Below, in pieces: positions 1 through 8,967 of a stretch of DNA of 64,000 nucleotides. The stretch's first letter is position 1. Every line of letters begins with the position of its first letter. A program made the translations under genes and the position numbers. The notes under the pieces are model-generated. The model made no database searches, was not told where the DNA came from, and saw nothing but the letters and a program-made list of their open reading frames with translations. This stretch comes from a virus. The stretch lies in IMG/VR virus record IMGVR_UViG_3300032069_000005, positions 22,232 through 86,231 of that record. One strand, given 5' to 3'.

Positions 1-2
1 AT

Positions 3-1610
3 AAGAAATATGGGTGGTATTTATTTGCTATTGCTAAAAATAGTAAAAAACCCCTGAAAGATGAACATTGGAGAGAAAAAGAATATTGTTCCAATGAAAA
101 AGCAAGGTGGATACAATGGCTGGAAAATGGATGCAATATAGCCATTAATTGTGAATTTAGTAATACAATGTTAGTTGATTTTGATGATAAAGAAGTTTCT
201 CCAGCATTACAGCCGCTAAGAAATGAATTGAAGAAAATGCTGGAAGATAGCAAAACATTAATGCAAAATACCCCCAGGGGAGGAAAACATTATGTTTTTG
301 TATTTGACTCTGAACTTTGTTTTAAACAACAAGTAGATTTGGGCGAAGGATTAAAAATAGATACAAGAACACATAAGGGATATTTCCTTCTTGCTCCTTC
401 TAAAGTATATGATAAATCCTATAATTGGATTAATCTTGGTGCGGAAATTAAAACAGTTCCGGCAGAATTGAAATCTAAACTATTGGAAATAATCAAGGTA
501 GATTCAGGTAGAAAATTAGAAACCCCCCCAGAAATGTCTCAAGAAATGAAAGAAATAATAGATAATCCCATTGAGCTAAAAGGCAATGATTTATCCGGTT
601 GTAGGAATAACACCTTTATTCAAACTGGCGGAGCACTCCTAAAAATGGGTATTCCCCCAGATAAAATAAAAGTTATATTACATTATCTCAATAAAAATTG
701 GTTAGCAACACCAAGAGCAGCACACGAAATAGAAGCAATGATGGGAAGTTTGGAAGGATATAAAGAAACTGAAGAACAGACCCAGGAAAATTCTATATAT
801 GAATGTTGTAAATTACTTAGTTCTGACATATCCGCAAAAGATATTATGGAGCACGTTTTTCCTGGAGAAAGAAATAAAAGAGCTATCGTTGATAAATATT
901 TAGCAAAATTTCACAAAGAAGGAAAATTATCAAGAAGAGGCAGAGGAAAATATGATTGTAAACAGGTAGTAGAATGGATTAATGAAGAACAAGAGCAATC
1001 TAAGGAAATAAATTATAAAATTCCTTATTTTGATGATGTGGCGTATTTTAGGAATGGAGATATTATTTTGATTGGTGCACCAACCGGACACGGAAAGACC
1101 ACAATAGCAATTAATTTTATTAAACAAATGAAAGAACAAGGAATTAGACCCTATTATTTATCATTAGAGGCGGGGTCTCGCCACGAAAAAACTGCCAATG
1201 CTCTGGGATTAACCCAAGCCGATTATTATATTCCAAAAGAAACCGTAGTTAATCCGCTTGCAATAGAAATAGAGCCAAATTCATTTACTATTGTTGACTG
1301 GCTTTATACAGGAGACGATTTTTCTCAGACCCAGGCGGTCTTCAAACATCTTAATGATGAAATGGTTAGAAAGGGGGGAATATTAATAGCTTTTACGCAA
1401 CTCAAAGAATCATACGAATATTTTGCTATAAATCTTGTGAAATCGTTTCCTCGTTTCTCTGCTCGATATATTTATGACGATGAAACGGGAATTATCGGTC
1501 ATTTTCAAGTTGATAAGATTACAGACCCACGTGGGCACTATCAGAATTATATAATTCCTTGTGAATTTAATTTTTCTACAAAAGAAATTTTAAAGAAAAA
1601 TAATATATAA
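3..1610 (+). CDS. Prim-Pol (bifunctional primase/polymerase) fused to a RecA/DnaB-like helicase; 5'-truncated by the window edge
   Basis: Frame is open from base 3 (KKYGWYLFAIAKNSKKP...), upstream of the listed 168 start. Prim-Pol motifs LVDFD and TPRGGKHYVF; PriCT-like GCRNNT; C-terminal Walker A GAPTGHGKT and Walker B IVD. Confidence 0.8.
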   Translation, partial: KKYGWYLFAIAKNSKKPLKDEHWREKEYCSNEKARWIQWLENGCNIAINCEFSNTMLVDFDDKEVSPALQPLRNELKKMLEDSKTLMQNTPRGGKHYVFVFDSELCFKQQVDLGEGLKIDTRTHKGYFLLAPSKVYDKSYNWINLGAEIKTVPAELKSKLLEIIKVDSGRKLETPPEMSQEMKEIIDNPIELKGNDLSGCRNNTFIQTGGALLKMGIPPDKIKVILHYLNKNWLATPRAAHEIEAMMGSLEGYKETEEQTQENSIYECCKLLSSDISAKDIMEHVFPGERNKRAIVDKYLAKFHKEGKLSRRGRGKYDCKQVVEWINEEQEQSKEINYKIPYFDDVAYFRNGDIILIGAPTGHGKTTIAINFIKQMKEQGIRPYYLSLEAGSRHEKTANALGLTQADYYIPKETVVNPLAIEIEPNSFTIVDWLYTGDDFSQTQAVFKHLNDEMVRKGGILIAFTQLKESYEYFAINLVKSFPRFSARYIYDDETGIIGHFQVDKITDPRGHYQNYIIPCEFNFSTKEILKKNNI

Positions 1611-1743
1611 TGAAAAGAAAAATATTTATATCTGTTCGTAATTTTATACTTAAAATAAAATATCCTAATCGAGATATTATTTGGAAAAGCAGAAAATGGA
1701 ATCGAAAATATACTGATTATGTTGATTTATCTGGATAAAGATA

Positions 1744-2076
1744 ATGGATAATAAAAAAAAGGGAATCCAGTTAGAATTAATGGCAGCGAGTAAACTTCAA
1801 GAAATCTTCCAAGAAACTCCGCCAATTCGTCCCTCAAAAGCATCCTCTGGCGGGTCGCATAATACTGAACTCGCCGATATTCAATCTCAGAATATATTTG
1901 TTGAGTGTAAGAACGATGGCAATTGGTTTAGAAGAAAGATTTGGGTGAAATTGCTTAATTCACTTCCATTCGGAACTACCAAACTGCCTATGTATATAAT
2001 CAATGACCCGATTGAAGGTGTTTTAGTTATGTTATCTTTTAATGATTTGTGTAGATTATTGAAGGAGAAAAGATGA
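1744..2076 (+). CDS. Hjc-like PD-(D/E)xK Holliday junction resolvase
   Basis: KKKGIQLE...ADI...FVECK pattern, 110 aa. Confidence 0.65.
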   Translation: MDNKKKGIQLELMAASKLQEIFQETPPIRPSKASSGGSHNTELADIQSQNIFVECKNDGNWFRRKIWVKLLNSLPFGTTKLPMYIINDPIEGVLVMLSFNDLCRLLKEKR

Positions 2077-2233
2077 AAAAAATTACTCAAAAATCACTTA
2101 AAAAAAATTTAATTAAAATAATAAATCAAAGCAAAATTGAAGAAGTGATTTATGAACCAAGATATTATGAAGGATATGAATTACAAAAAACACTTATCGG
2201 TAGCACTATTACTATAAGAACAAGGCTATTAAA

Positions 2234-2620
2234 ATGACTAATTTTTTTAATAATATAAAATATTTTATTCAAAGAGGTAAACGAGGTTACGCTGATTGCG
2301 ACCTATGGGATTTTGATGTTTATCTTGCAAAAACATTAACAAATGCGTTAAAAGATTTTAAAAAAATAAATCAAGGAATTGCCCCAAATATCTACAGGAA
2401 ATATATTAATAGAAAAGATTTAACACAGAAACAAAAAGACGAATTAGCAAAAAAAGAATGGAATACAATATTAGATATAATGATTAGAGGATTTAGTATT
2501 GTTCCTAAATTATTTGAAGGAAAAGTATTAAACAATAAAATATTAAAAGAAGGTTATATGTATGAATTAGGAATAGCTTTTGATTTTCTTAAAAAATATT
2601 ATTTTGATTTATGGGATTAG
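2234..2620 (+). CDS. hypothetical phage protein
   Basis: 128-aa ORF in a tightly packed operon. Confidence 0.6.
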   Translation: MTNFFNNIKYFIQRGKRGYADCDLWDFDVYLAKTLTNALKDFKKINQGIAPNIYRKYINRKDLTQKQKDELAKKEWNTILDIMIRGFSIVPKLFEGKVLNNKILKEGYMYELGIAFDFLKKYYFDLWD

Positions 2621-2628
2621 GAGATAAT

Positions 2629-2919
2629 ATGATTAAGATTTTTTGTTTTGACCCAGGTAAAAAGAAGACCATATTGGCGGGATTTTATAATAAAGAACTT
2701 AAAACTTTTTTTAAAAAAGTTAAATCATCTCATTGGATGCGAATAGAAAAATCCTATGGAATACAGGACATTGTATTACAACAATTAAATAATTTAGGCT
2801 GTAAAAGCATTTGCATAGAAACTAAAACGTCGATAATACAATCTAATTTAGAAGATTGGCTAAAACAGCCAACAAAAAATTATGGGAATGGTAATCAAAG
2901 ATTTTTAGGAGGTAAATAA
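2629..2919 (+). CDS. hypothetical protein
   Basis: AGGAG SD before ATG 2629; stop overlaps the next start. Confidence 0.55.
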   Translation: MIKIFCFDPGKKKTILAGFYNKELKTFFKKVKSSHWMRIEKSYGIQDIVLQQLNNLGCKSICIETKTSIIQSNLEDWLKQPTKNYGNGNQRFLGGK

Positions 2920-3962
2920 TGGGTAGAGGCAGACCGAAAGGAAGCAAAAATAAAAAAATAACAACTCCCAAAACAGTTACAGAACATATTCAGGAGCAAT
3001 CACCAAAAGTCAAGGAAATGATTAAAGAAGAAAAAGAGAAATTATCTAAAAAAAATGAGATTAACTCCGCACTCAGAAACTCGGTAAATGAACTTACAAA
3101 AAAATTTGGGCACGAAATCATTCACTTTGCTTCTGAAGAGCCGGAAAGAGAGAGAATTCCCACTGGAATACCTGAATTAGACAAGATGATTACTGGATTC
3201 CCTTCTGGTGCATTTTCAGTAATTTGGGGAAATAAAGGAAGCACAAAATCAACCACAGTATTGAATTTGATTGCTCAAGCACAGAAACTTGGAAAACAAT
3301 GCCTTTATTTAGATTTAGAAACCTCCTTTGATAATAAATGGGCGGATAAATGCGGAGTAGATAGAAATAAATTATTAATTGGTCATTTTGACAATGCTGA
3401 GCAAGCATTAGATACTGCAATAAAAATGAGCAAAGAGAAAGTTATAGATATAATTATATTAGACAGCGTCCAATCTCTTTCTCCCGAAGGAGAACAAGAA
3501 ACTAAGAAAGGCGAAACCAAAAGCACTGGCGACGACACTGTGGCTTTATTGGCGAGGAGATTAAGTCAATTTTTTAGAATGGATGCAGCAGGAAATTATA
3601 GAGGTAATATAACATTTATTTTAATCGGGCAAAGTAGGATGGATTTAAGCGGATATATTAAATTGGAAAAATTAAGTGGAGGAAAAGCAATCGCACATTG
3701 GGCTACTTTAATTATAAAGGCATATCGGTCAACTAAGGCAGATGCACCAAGATTTAAATTTGAAATCAAAGGTAAGAAAAAAGAAATCCCAATTGGATTT
3801 GAGATTTGTTATCGTTTAGAAAAAAAGAAGATTAGTGGAACTGCTCCTGAAGAAACAGAAGTAAGAGCAAATTTTTATAATGAATTTGGTTTTGTAGAAC
3901 CTACAGAAAAACAGATAAAAGAATTATATTCGGATTGGATTTCTTTTGAAGAAAATTCTTGA
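2919..3962 (+). CDS. RecA/UvsX-like recombinase
   Basis: IPTGIPELD, Walker A variant WGNKGSTKST, YLDLE, IILDSV, LLARRLSQFFR, SGGKAIAHWA. Confidence 0.9.
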   Translation: MGRGRPKGSKNKKITTPKTVTEHIQEQSPKVKEMIKEEKEKLSKKNEINSALRNSVNELTKKFGHEIIHFASEEPERERIPTGIPELDKMITGFPSGAFSVIWGNKGSTKSTTVLNLIAQAQKLGKQCLYLDLETSFDNKWADKCGVDRNKLLIGHFDNAEQALDTAIKMSKEKVIDIIILDSVQSLSPEGEQETKKGETKSTGDDTVALLARRLSQFFRMDAAGNYRGNITFILIGQSRMDLSGYIKLEKLSGGKAIAHWATLIIKAYRSTKADAPRFKFEIKGKKKEIPIGFEICYRLEKKKISGTAPEETEVRANFYNEFGFVEPTEKQIKELYSDWISFEENS

Positions 3963-4201
3963 TGAAAACTAAATATAAATATATTCAATTTGATTTGGTA
4001 GAACAAGATGAAACAAAGAAGACTCAAGCATATACCGTAAGAAATATAAGTCTTCAGATAATATTAGGTTATATAAAATGGTATGGTGCTTGGAGACAAT
4101 ATTGTTTCTTTCCAATGATAGGAACAATCTATAGCGAAGGATGTTTAAAAGATGTTGCAGATTTTATAAAACAATTAATGGAAGATAGGAAGAAGGGGTA
4201 A
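3959..4201 (+). CDS. hypothetical phage protein
   Basis: 80-aa coupled ORF containing LGYIKWYGAWRQYCFFP. Confidence 0.6.
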   Translation: MMKTKYKYIQFDLVEQDETKKTQAYTVRNISLQIILGYIKWYGAWRQYCFFPMIGTIYSEGCLKDVADFIKQLMEDRKKG

Positions 4202-4204
4202 TAA

Positions 4205-4519
4205 ATGTTTAAAGATATTATATATCAGATTTATTCGGATATAGAAATAAGAATTTATGAATTAGCAGACAAAAAAATACTTATTTTTATTATAGCTGCT
4301 TGGTTATTTAATTTACAAGATAAATTAATATTTAAATGGCTAAGATTGCAGTGTTGGTTATTTGGATGTGAAGAAAGGGGCGGATATGGGGGATTTAATC
4401 TTCCTTGTGATGCTTATTGCTTTTATTGTAATAGATGCGGAGCAACTTATAGTAATTATGAAGGAAACACCAATTATCATTTATTAAAAGGGATTTTTAA
4501 AAGAAAATATAATGCTTAA
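4205..4519 (+). CDS. hypothetical Cys-rich protein
   Basis: ORF with CxxC; overlaps the PolB start. Confidence 0.5.
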   Translation: MFKDIIYQIYSDIEIRIYELADKKILIFIIAAWLFNLQDKLIFKWLRLQCWLFGCEERGGYGGFNLPCDAYCFYCNRCGATYSNYEGNTNYHLLKGIFKRKYNA

Positions 4520-6752
4520 TCTTCCAATCCAAAATATATCCTCAATTGGTCGTGAAATAATTCTCTTTAATCGACAACAAAGCGGAGAGCTTACAATAAT
4601 GAGAGATTTATTGTTCAGTCCCTATTATTATGTTCCTTCTCCTACTGGAATATTTAGAGGATACTTTGGCGGAAAATATGATAAAGTTACTTGTAAAAAT
4701 CCCCGGGAAATAAAAGATAAACGAAATGTAAAAACAGATGGGGAAAGTGATGTTCCATATGTTCGTCGTTATCTACTTGATAAAGTAAATATAATTAAAT
4801 CTCCTACGAGATGGATTATGTTTGATATTGAGACTCTTAGTAAAATTGTTCCTAATCCATTGGTTGCCCCAGACCCAATTACTTCAATAACCGCATATGA
4901 TAATTATGAAAAAAAGTATATTCAATTTTGGTGCGAAAATTATCCATCTGAATATGAACTTATAGATGCGTTTATCAATTATATTAAGGAAAGGAAGCCA
5001 GATTTACTCCTGGCGTATAATATAAATGGATTTGATATGCCTTATTTGGTTACTCGTTTTTCTGACTTCGGAGAAAAGGTTAGCCCCATAGGACAAATTA
5101 AAAAAAGAAATGGATACCCAGAAGGAATCAGTATAGTCGACTATTATGAACTCATTAAAAAAGTATATAAATATAAGAGGCATACTTTAGATTTTATTTA
5201 TTCTGATGAATTTAAAGTTCCCCAGAATTTTATAAAATATAGATTTAATGAGATTAGCCCAATCATTAAAGAAAAGAATCTGGAAGATGTAAAAAAAATG
5301 GTCGCCTTAGAAAATAAATTGCATCTCATTGATTATTTTGATGAACAAAGGAGAATTGCAAAAGTTCTTTGGGAAGATTTATGTCATTTTAGTGTATCTA
5401 TCGATGGATTGATTTTGCAAACTGCGAAATCTAAAGGCGTAGTCTTACCGAGTAAACCAGACGAAGAAGAAAAACTTCGTCGAATAGAGGAAGATGAAAT
5501 CGAAGGCGGATATGTATTTGCCCAACCAGGAAAATATGATGACGCTTCTTTACTAGATATTTCTGGGACATACCCGAATCTAATTACTACATTTAATCTT
5601 GACCCTGTAAATAAGAAGAAAATCCCCAATTCGCAGACAGTAACTATCAGAAAAATCCACATAGAACAGAATCCCAACGCCATTGTGCCAACAGTTGCCA
5701 ATAGATTAATCGCTTCTCGTAAACAAATCCAAAAAGAACTCGAAGGAAAAACAGGCGAAGAATATGATTTATTAAAGAAAAAAGATGATGCACATAAATC
5801 GCTTAATAATGTGGTCTACGGGATTTTGCTTTTTAAGAATTCTCGTATATATGATAAAGACATCGCCGATTGCATTACCTATTTAGCGAGGTTCTTAATT
5901 CGATATACCAAATTTGCTTTAAGAAAATTGGGATATTCAGTCATTTCTTCAGACACCGATTCTATTTTTGTTCATTCCAGAGATTATGAGAAAATAGAAA
6001 AATTATGCAATGAAACATTAATTCCTAACTGGCTTAGACACTTTGGCAAAACAGAAGGAACTCTGAGATTTAAATATGAAGGATATTTTGAGAATGTTGT
6101 TTTTGAAGCACCAAAACATTACAGAGGCAATTTTGTTACTGCTAAGGGCGAACATAAAATGATAAATAAAGGCATCGAAATTGTTCGCAAAGATTCTTCT
6201 AAATTTCAAGAAGAATTTTTAGAGGAATTATATAATAGAATTTTAAAAAATGAAAGTGAGCAAACCATCTCTAATTGGATATTAGAACAAATAAAAGAAT
6301 TACCCAATAAACCATTGAAAAATATTGCATTTCCTTTTCAAATAGTCCAAAAAATTTATAATAGTATTCCTATATCTATTCGAGCACTTCAATATACTGA
6401 CGAAATAATTCCCAATTTTAGTCAAGATTATCATAATGAATTATATTATATTTATGTTAAACCATTTGGAACAGCAGAAAGACATTCCAAAAGTATGCGA
6501 AAGAATAAAGATACTGGAAAAAAGGAATTAAAAGAATCACATACTATAATAAATAAGAACGTCCTCGCCTTTGACGAAAATACTGACCACATAAAAGAAG
6601 TAGATTATTCAGAAATGATTAGACGCAATATTTTAGATAAGGCGGAAAAGCTCTTTGATGTTTTGGGATGGAATAAAGAATTGATTGGGATAAAAAAGAA
6701 AATTTCTAAAAAAGATGCAATTGCCGAACTCAAAAAAAGAGGATTATTATAA
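4512..6752 (+). CDS. polB: family B DNA polymerase
   Basis: Exo motifs FDIE and YNINGFD; polymerase motifs DISGTYPN, KSLNNVVYG, SDTDS, KGIEIVRKD. Confidence 0.95.
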   Translation: MLNLPIQNISSIGREIILFNRQQSGELTIMRDLLFSPYYYVPSPTGIFRGYFGGKYDKVTCKNPREIKDKRNVKTDGESDVPYVRRYLLDKVNIIKSPTRWIMFDIETLSKIVPNPLVAPDPITSITAYDNYEKKYIQFWCENYPSEYELIDAFINYIKERKPDLLLAYNINGFDMPYLVTRFSDFGEKVSPIGQIKKRNGYPEGISIVDYYELIKKVYKYKRHTLDFIYSDEFKVPQNFIKYRFNEISPIIKEKNLEDVKKMVALENKLHLIDYFDEQRRIAKVLWEDLCHFSVSIDGLILQTAKSKGVVLPSKPDEEEKLRRIEEDEIEGGYVFAQPGKYDDASLLDISGTYPNLITTFNLDPVNKKKIPNSQTVTIRKIHIEQNPNAIVPTVANRLIASRKQIQKELEGKTGEEYDLLKKKDDAHKSLNNVVYGILLFKNSRIYDKDIADCITYLARFLIRYTKFALRKLGYSVISSDTDSIFVHSRDYEKIEKLCNETLIPNWLRHFGKTEGTLRFKYEGYFENVVFEAPKHYRGNFVTAKGEHKMINKGIEIVRKDSSKFQEEFLEELYNRILKNESEQTISNWILEQIKELPNKPLKNIAFPFQIVQKIYNSIPISIRALQYTDEIIPNFSQDYHNELYYIYVKPFGTAERHSKSMRKNKDTGKKELKESHTIINKNVLAFDENTDHIKEVDYSEMIRRNILDKAEKLFDVLGWNKELIGIKKKISKKDAIAELKKRGLL

Positions 6753-6895
6753 TATGGATTTATCTAAATTATCTAATGAAGAATTAATGAAAATAGCGAA
6801 AATATCTCCTAAATTTGCGGGGGAAGTATCGAAAAAGATACTCCTTGCTTCCAGCGAGGAAGGTGGGGTGCAAGTCCCTAACCCCGCTCCAAATA
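6723..6895 (+). repeat. 173-bp exact direct repeat, copy 1 (end of upstream gene, mom 5' end, tRNA-like element)
   Basis: Identical to 7776-7948 (offset 1053). Confidence 0.95.
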
Positions 6896-7686
6896 AAGAA
6901 TTAATAATTAAAAAAAAAGAAGAATTGATGCACTCTGATTTTGATTCTTCAAATTTTATGATAGAATTAATTGAACCAAAAATGACATATGAGTGGATGA
7001 TGTATAAACATTATGCACATAAAATACCTCCGGTTATTAAATATTGTTACGGTTTATTTAAAAATAAACAACTCGTGGGGGTTTGTGTTTATGGAATATT
7101 GGCAAATAAAGAATATAATAATGGAAAATGTTTGTTTAAAAATTATCGAGTTGATGTTTTAGAATTAAAAAGATTAGTTGTAGATGATGATTTGCCAAAA
7201 AATACATTATCTTATTTTGTTTCAAAAACATTAAAAATGCTTCCACAACCAACGTGCGTTGTTAGTTATGCAGATAGTAATCAAAATCATCACGGATATA
7301 TTTATCAGGCTACCAATTGGTTATATACAGGTATGGGAAGAGGGAAATTAGCAATAATAGACAAATCAACGGGAGAGGAAATTCACGAGAAAACGATATA
7401 TGACAGGTATGGGACAAATAATATAGAAATTTTAAAAACTAAATTTGATTTTGATACAAAAATTTTAAAAGGAAAATATCGTTATTTAAAATTTATTGGA
7501 AATCATAAACAAAAAAAAGAAATGTTACACTCATTAAAATGGAAACTTTTTCCATATCCAAAAGGCGATAATATCAATTATGATGCTTCTTATAAAATTA
7601 AAAATTTAAATATAAATAAAAAAGGAATAATTCAGGAAAAGAGAGAGGAAGATAGACAGACAGAAAAACAGGAGGAAGAGAGATGA
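6754..7686 (+). CDS. mom: Mom-family (GNAT-fold) adenine modification enzyme, paralog 1
   Basis: KHYAH, VGVCVYG, LELKRL, PKNTLSYFVS, VSYADSNQNHHGYIYQATNWLYTG; ATG 6754 follows the PolB stop. Confidence 0.85.
   Translation: MDLSKLSNEELMKIAKISPKFAGEVSKKILLASSEEGGVQVPNPAPNKELIIKKKEELMHSDFDSSNFMIELIEPKMTYEWMMYKHYAHKIPPVIKYCYGLFKNKQLVGVCVYGILANKEYNNGKCLFKNYRVDVLELKRLVVDDDLPKNTLSYFVSKTLKMLPQPTCVVSYADSNQNHHGYIYQATNWLYTGMGRGKLAIIDKSTGEEIHEKTIYDRYGTNNIEILKTKFDFDTKILKGKYRYLKFIGNHKQKKEMLHSLKWKLFPYPKGDNINYDASYKIKNLNINKKGIIQEKREEDRQTEKQEEER
6817..6891 (+). tRNA. non-canonical tRNA-Gly(UCC)-like element within mom-1
   Basis: Cloverleaf: GCGGGGG-AA-GTATC/GAAAAA/GATAC-T-CCTTG/CTTCCAG/CGAGG-AAGG-TGGGG/TGCAAGT/CCCTA-ACCCCGC-T-CCA. 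Confidence 0.8.
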
Positions 7687-7688
7687 TA
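7626..7688 (+). repeat. 63-bp direct repeat at the mom 3' end, copy 1
   Basis: Matches 8643-8705 with one mismatch; encodes IIQEKREEDRQTEKQEEER*. Confidence 0.95.
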
Positions 7689-7805
7689 TTGAAATTTCAA
7701 CAACATAATGGTTGGGTATATGTTTCTGATTTATATAAAGTAGAAACCAGACAAATGTCAAAAAAAGAAGCACTCGCCGAACTCAAAAAAAGAGGATTAT
7801 TATAA
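7683..7805 (+). CDS. 40-aa chimeric ORF between the mom genes (possible remnant)
   Basis: MILKFQQHNGW...SKKEALAELKKRGLL*: N-terminus resembles ORF 8700, C-terminus equals that of PolB; GGAGG SD. Confidence 0.5.
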   Translation: MILKFQQHNGWVYVSDLYKVETRQMSKKEALAELKKRGLL

Positions 7806-7948
7806 TATGGATTTATCTAAATTATCTAATGAAGAATTAATGAAAATAGCGAAAATATCTCCTAAATTTGCGGGGGAAGTATCGAAAAAGATACTCCTTG
7901 CTTCCAGCGAGGAAGGTGGGGTGCAAGTCCCTAACCCCGCTCCAAATA
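7776..7948 (+). repeat. 173-bp exact direct repeat, copy 2
   Basis: Identical to 6723-6895. Confidence 0.95.
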
Positions 7949-8703
7949 TAAATAAAATCATAAAACAAAAATATGATAAAATACAAGACAATAAATCACA
8001 ATCGAAAGAGATAAAAAATTTTAATTTAAAAGATTTAAATATGAAAGAATTGGAATTTCAAATAACTAAAGAATTTATTGTTAAGAATCATTACAGTCAT
8101 ACAATTTCTTCATCTATAAAAGCAAGTATTGGATTTTTTTATAATAATAAATTAGTTACTGCTATTGTTTATGGTCATCCAATTGGAATTAATGTTGGTT
8201 CTTGGTTGCAAGTTCCTGAAGGAAGTTATGCCGAATTAATTAGAGTTTTTAGTGTTGATGAGTTACCAAAAAATACGGAAAGTTATTGTTTGGCAAAGTC
8301 ATTTGAATTTTTGAAGAAAAATAAACCAGAATTAAAATATTTAATTAGTTATGCAGACCCCACTCAAGGGCACGTAGGTTATATTTATCAAGCAACTAAT
8401 TGGTATTATGTTGGTAAACAGATAGGAATGGATAGAATTTTTAAAATTGATGGCAAACAAGTTCATAGAAGAACCGCCAATGCTGCTTATGGAACATCTT
8501 CAGTTAAAAAATTATCAGAATTATTAGGCAAAAGATTTGAAGTATCAATAACATATCCAAAACACATTTATTTAATGTGTTTGGGTTCTCGTAAAGAAAA
8601 AAAAGAATGGTATAATAAATTCAAACAATTACCATATCCTAAAATAATTCAAGAAAAGAGAGAGGAAGATAGACAGACAGAAAAACAGGAGGAAGAGAGA
8701 TGA
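7807..8703 (+). CDS. mom: Mom-family adenine modification enzyme, paralog 2
   Basis: KNHYSH, AIVYG, AELIRV, PKNTESYCL, ISYADPTQGHVGYIYQATNWYYVG. Confidence 0.85.
   Translation: MDLSKLSNEELMKIAKISPKFAGEVSKKILLASSEEGGVQVPNPAPNINKIIKQKYDKIQDNKSQSKEIKNFNLKDLNMKELEFQITKEFIVKNHYSHTISSSIKASIGFFYNNKLVTAIVYGHPIGINVGSWLQVPEGSYAELIRVFSVDELPKNTESYCLAKSFEFLKKNKPELKYLISYADPTQGHVGYIYQATNWYYVGKQIGMDRIFKIDGKQVHRRTANAAYGTSSVKKLSELLGKRFEVSITYPKHIYLMCLGSRKEKKEWYNKFKQLPYPKIIQEKREEDRQTEKQEEER
7870..7944 (+). tRNA. non-canonical tRNA-Gly(UCC)-like element within mom-2
   Basis: Identical to 6817-6891. Confidence 0.8.
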
Positions 8704-8705
8704 TA
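8643..8705 (+). repeat. 63-bp direct repeat, copy 2
   Basis: Matches 7626-7688. Confidence 0.95.
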
Positions 8706-8963
8706 GTAAAAATTATTCAAGAAAATGGAGCATTGTTTTATGATGGATTTGAAAAAATCAGATATGAATATAAAACCAGTGAAGAAATGGAAACCATCGA
8801 TACAAACGCTATGTGGATAAACAGTAAGTTGCCTCTGAGCGGAATTTTGATTATAGGTCGTAGAAAACCGATAATTGGAACTGACCCAGAATTTACTATT
8901 AGAACAAATGGGGAGACATATCTTCTTAATGATGAAGGTAAGACGATAGAAAGGATTAGATAA
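8700..8963 (+). CDS. hypothetical phage protein
   Basis: ATGA-coupled to mom-2; ends YLLNDEGKTIERI. Confidence 0.65.
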   Translation: MIVKIIQENGALFYDGFEKIRYEYKTSEEMETIDTNAMWINSKLPLSGILIIGRRKPIIGTDPEFTIRTNGETYLLNDEGKTIERIR

Positions 8964-8967
8964 AACA

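Noticed and set aside
6721-6753. Dedicated promoter for the mom/tRNA cassette (TTGCCG-N18-TATTAT)
   Set aside because: Weak match, and the -35 differs in copy 2 (TCGCCG); cannot be supported without transcript data.
6723-8705. Diversity-generating retroelement or IS-type repeats
   Set aside because: No reverse transcriptase or transposase; the 5' copies are identical, with no adenine-specific differences.
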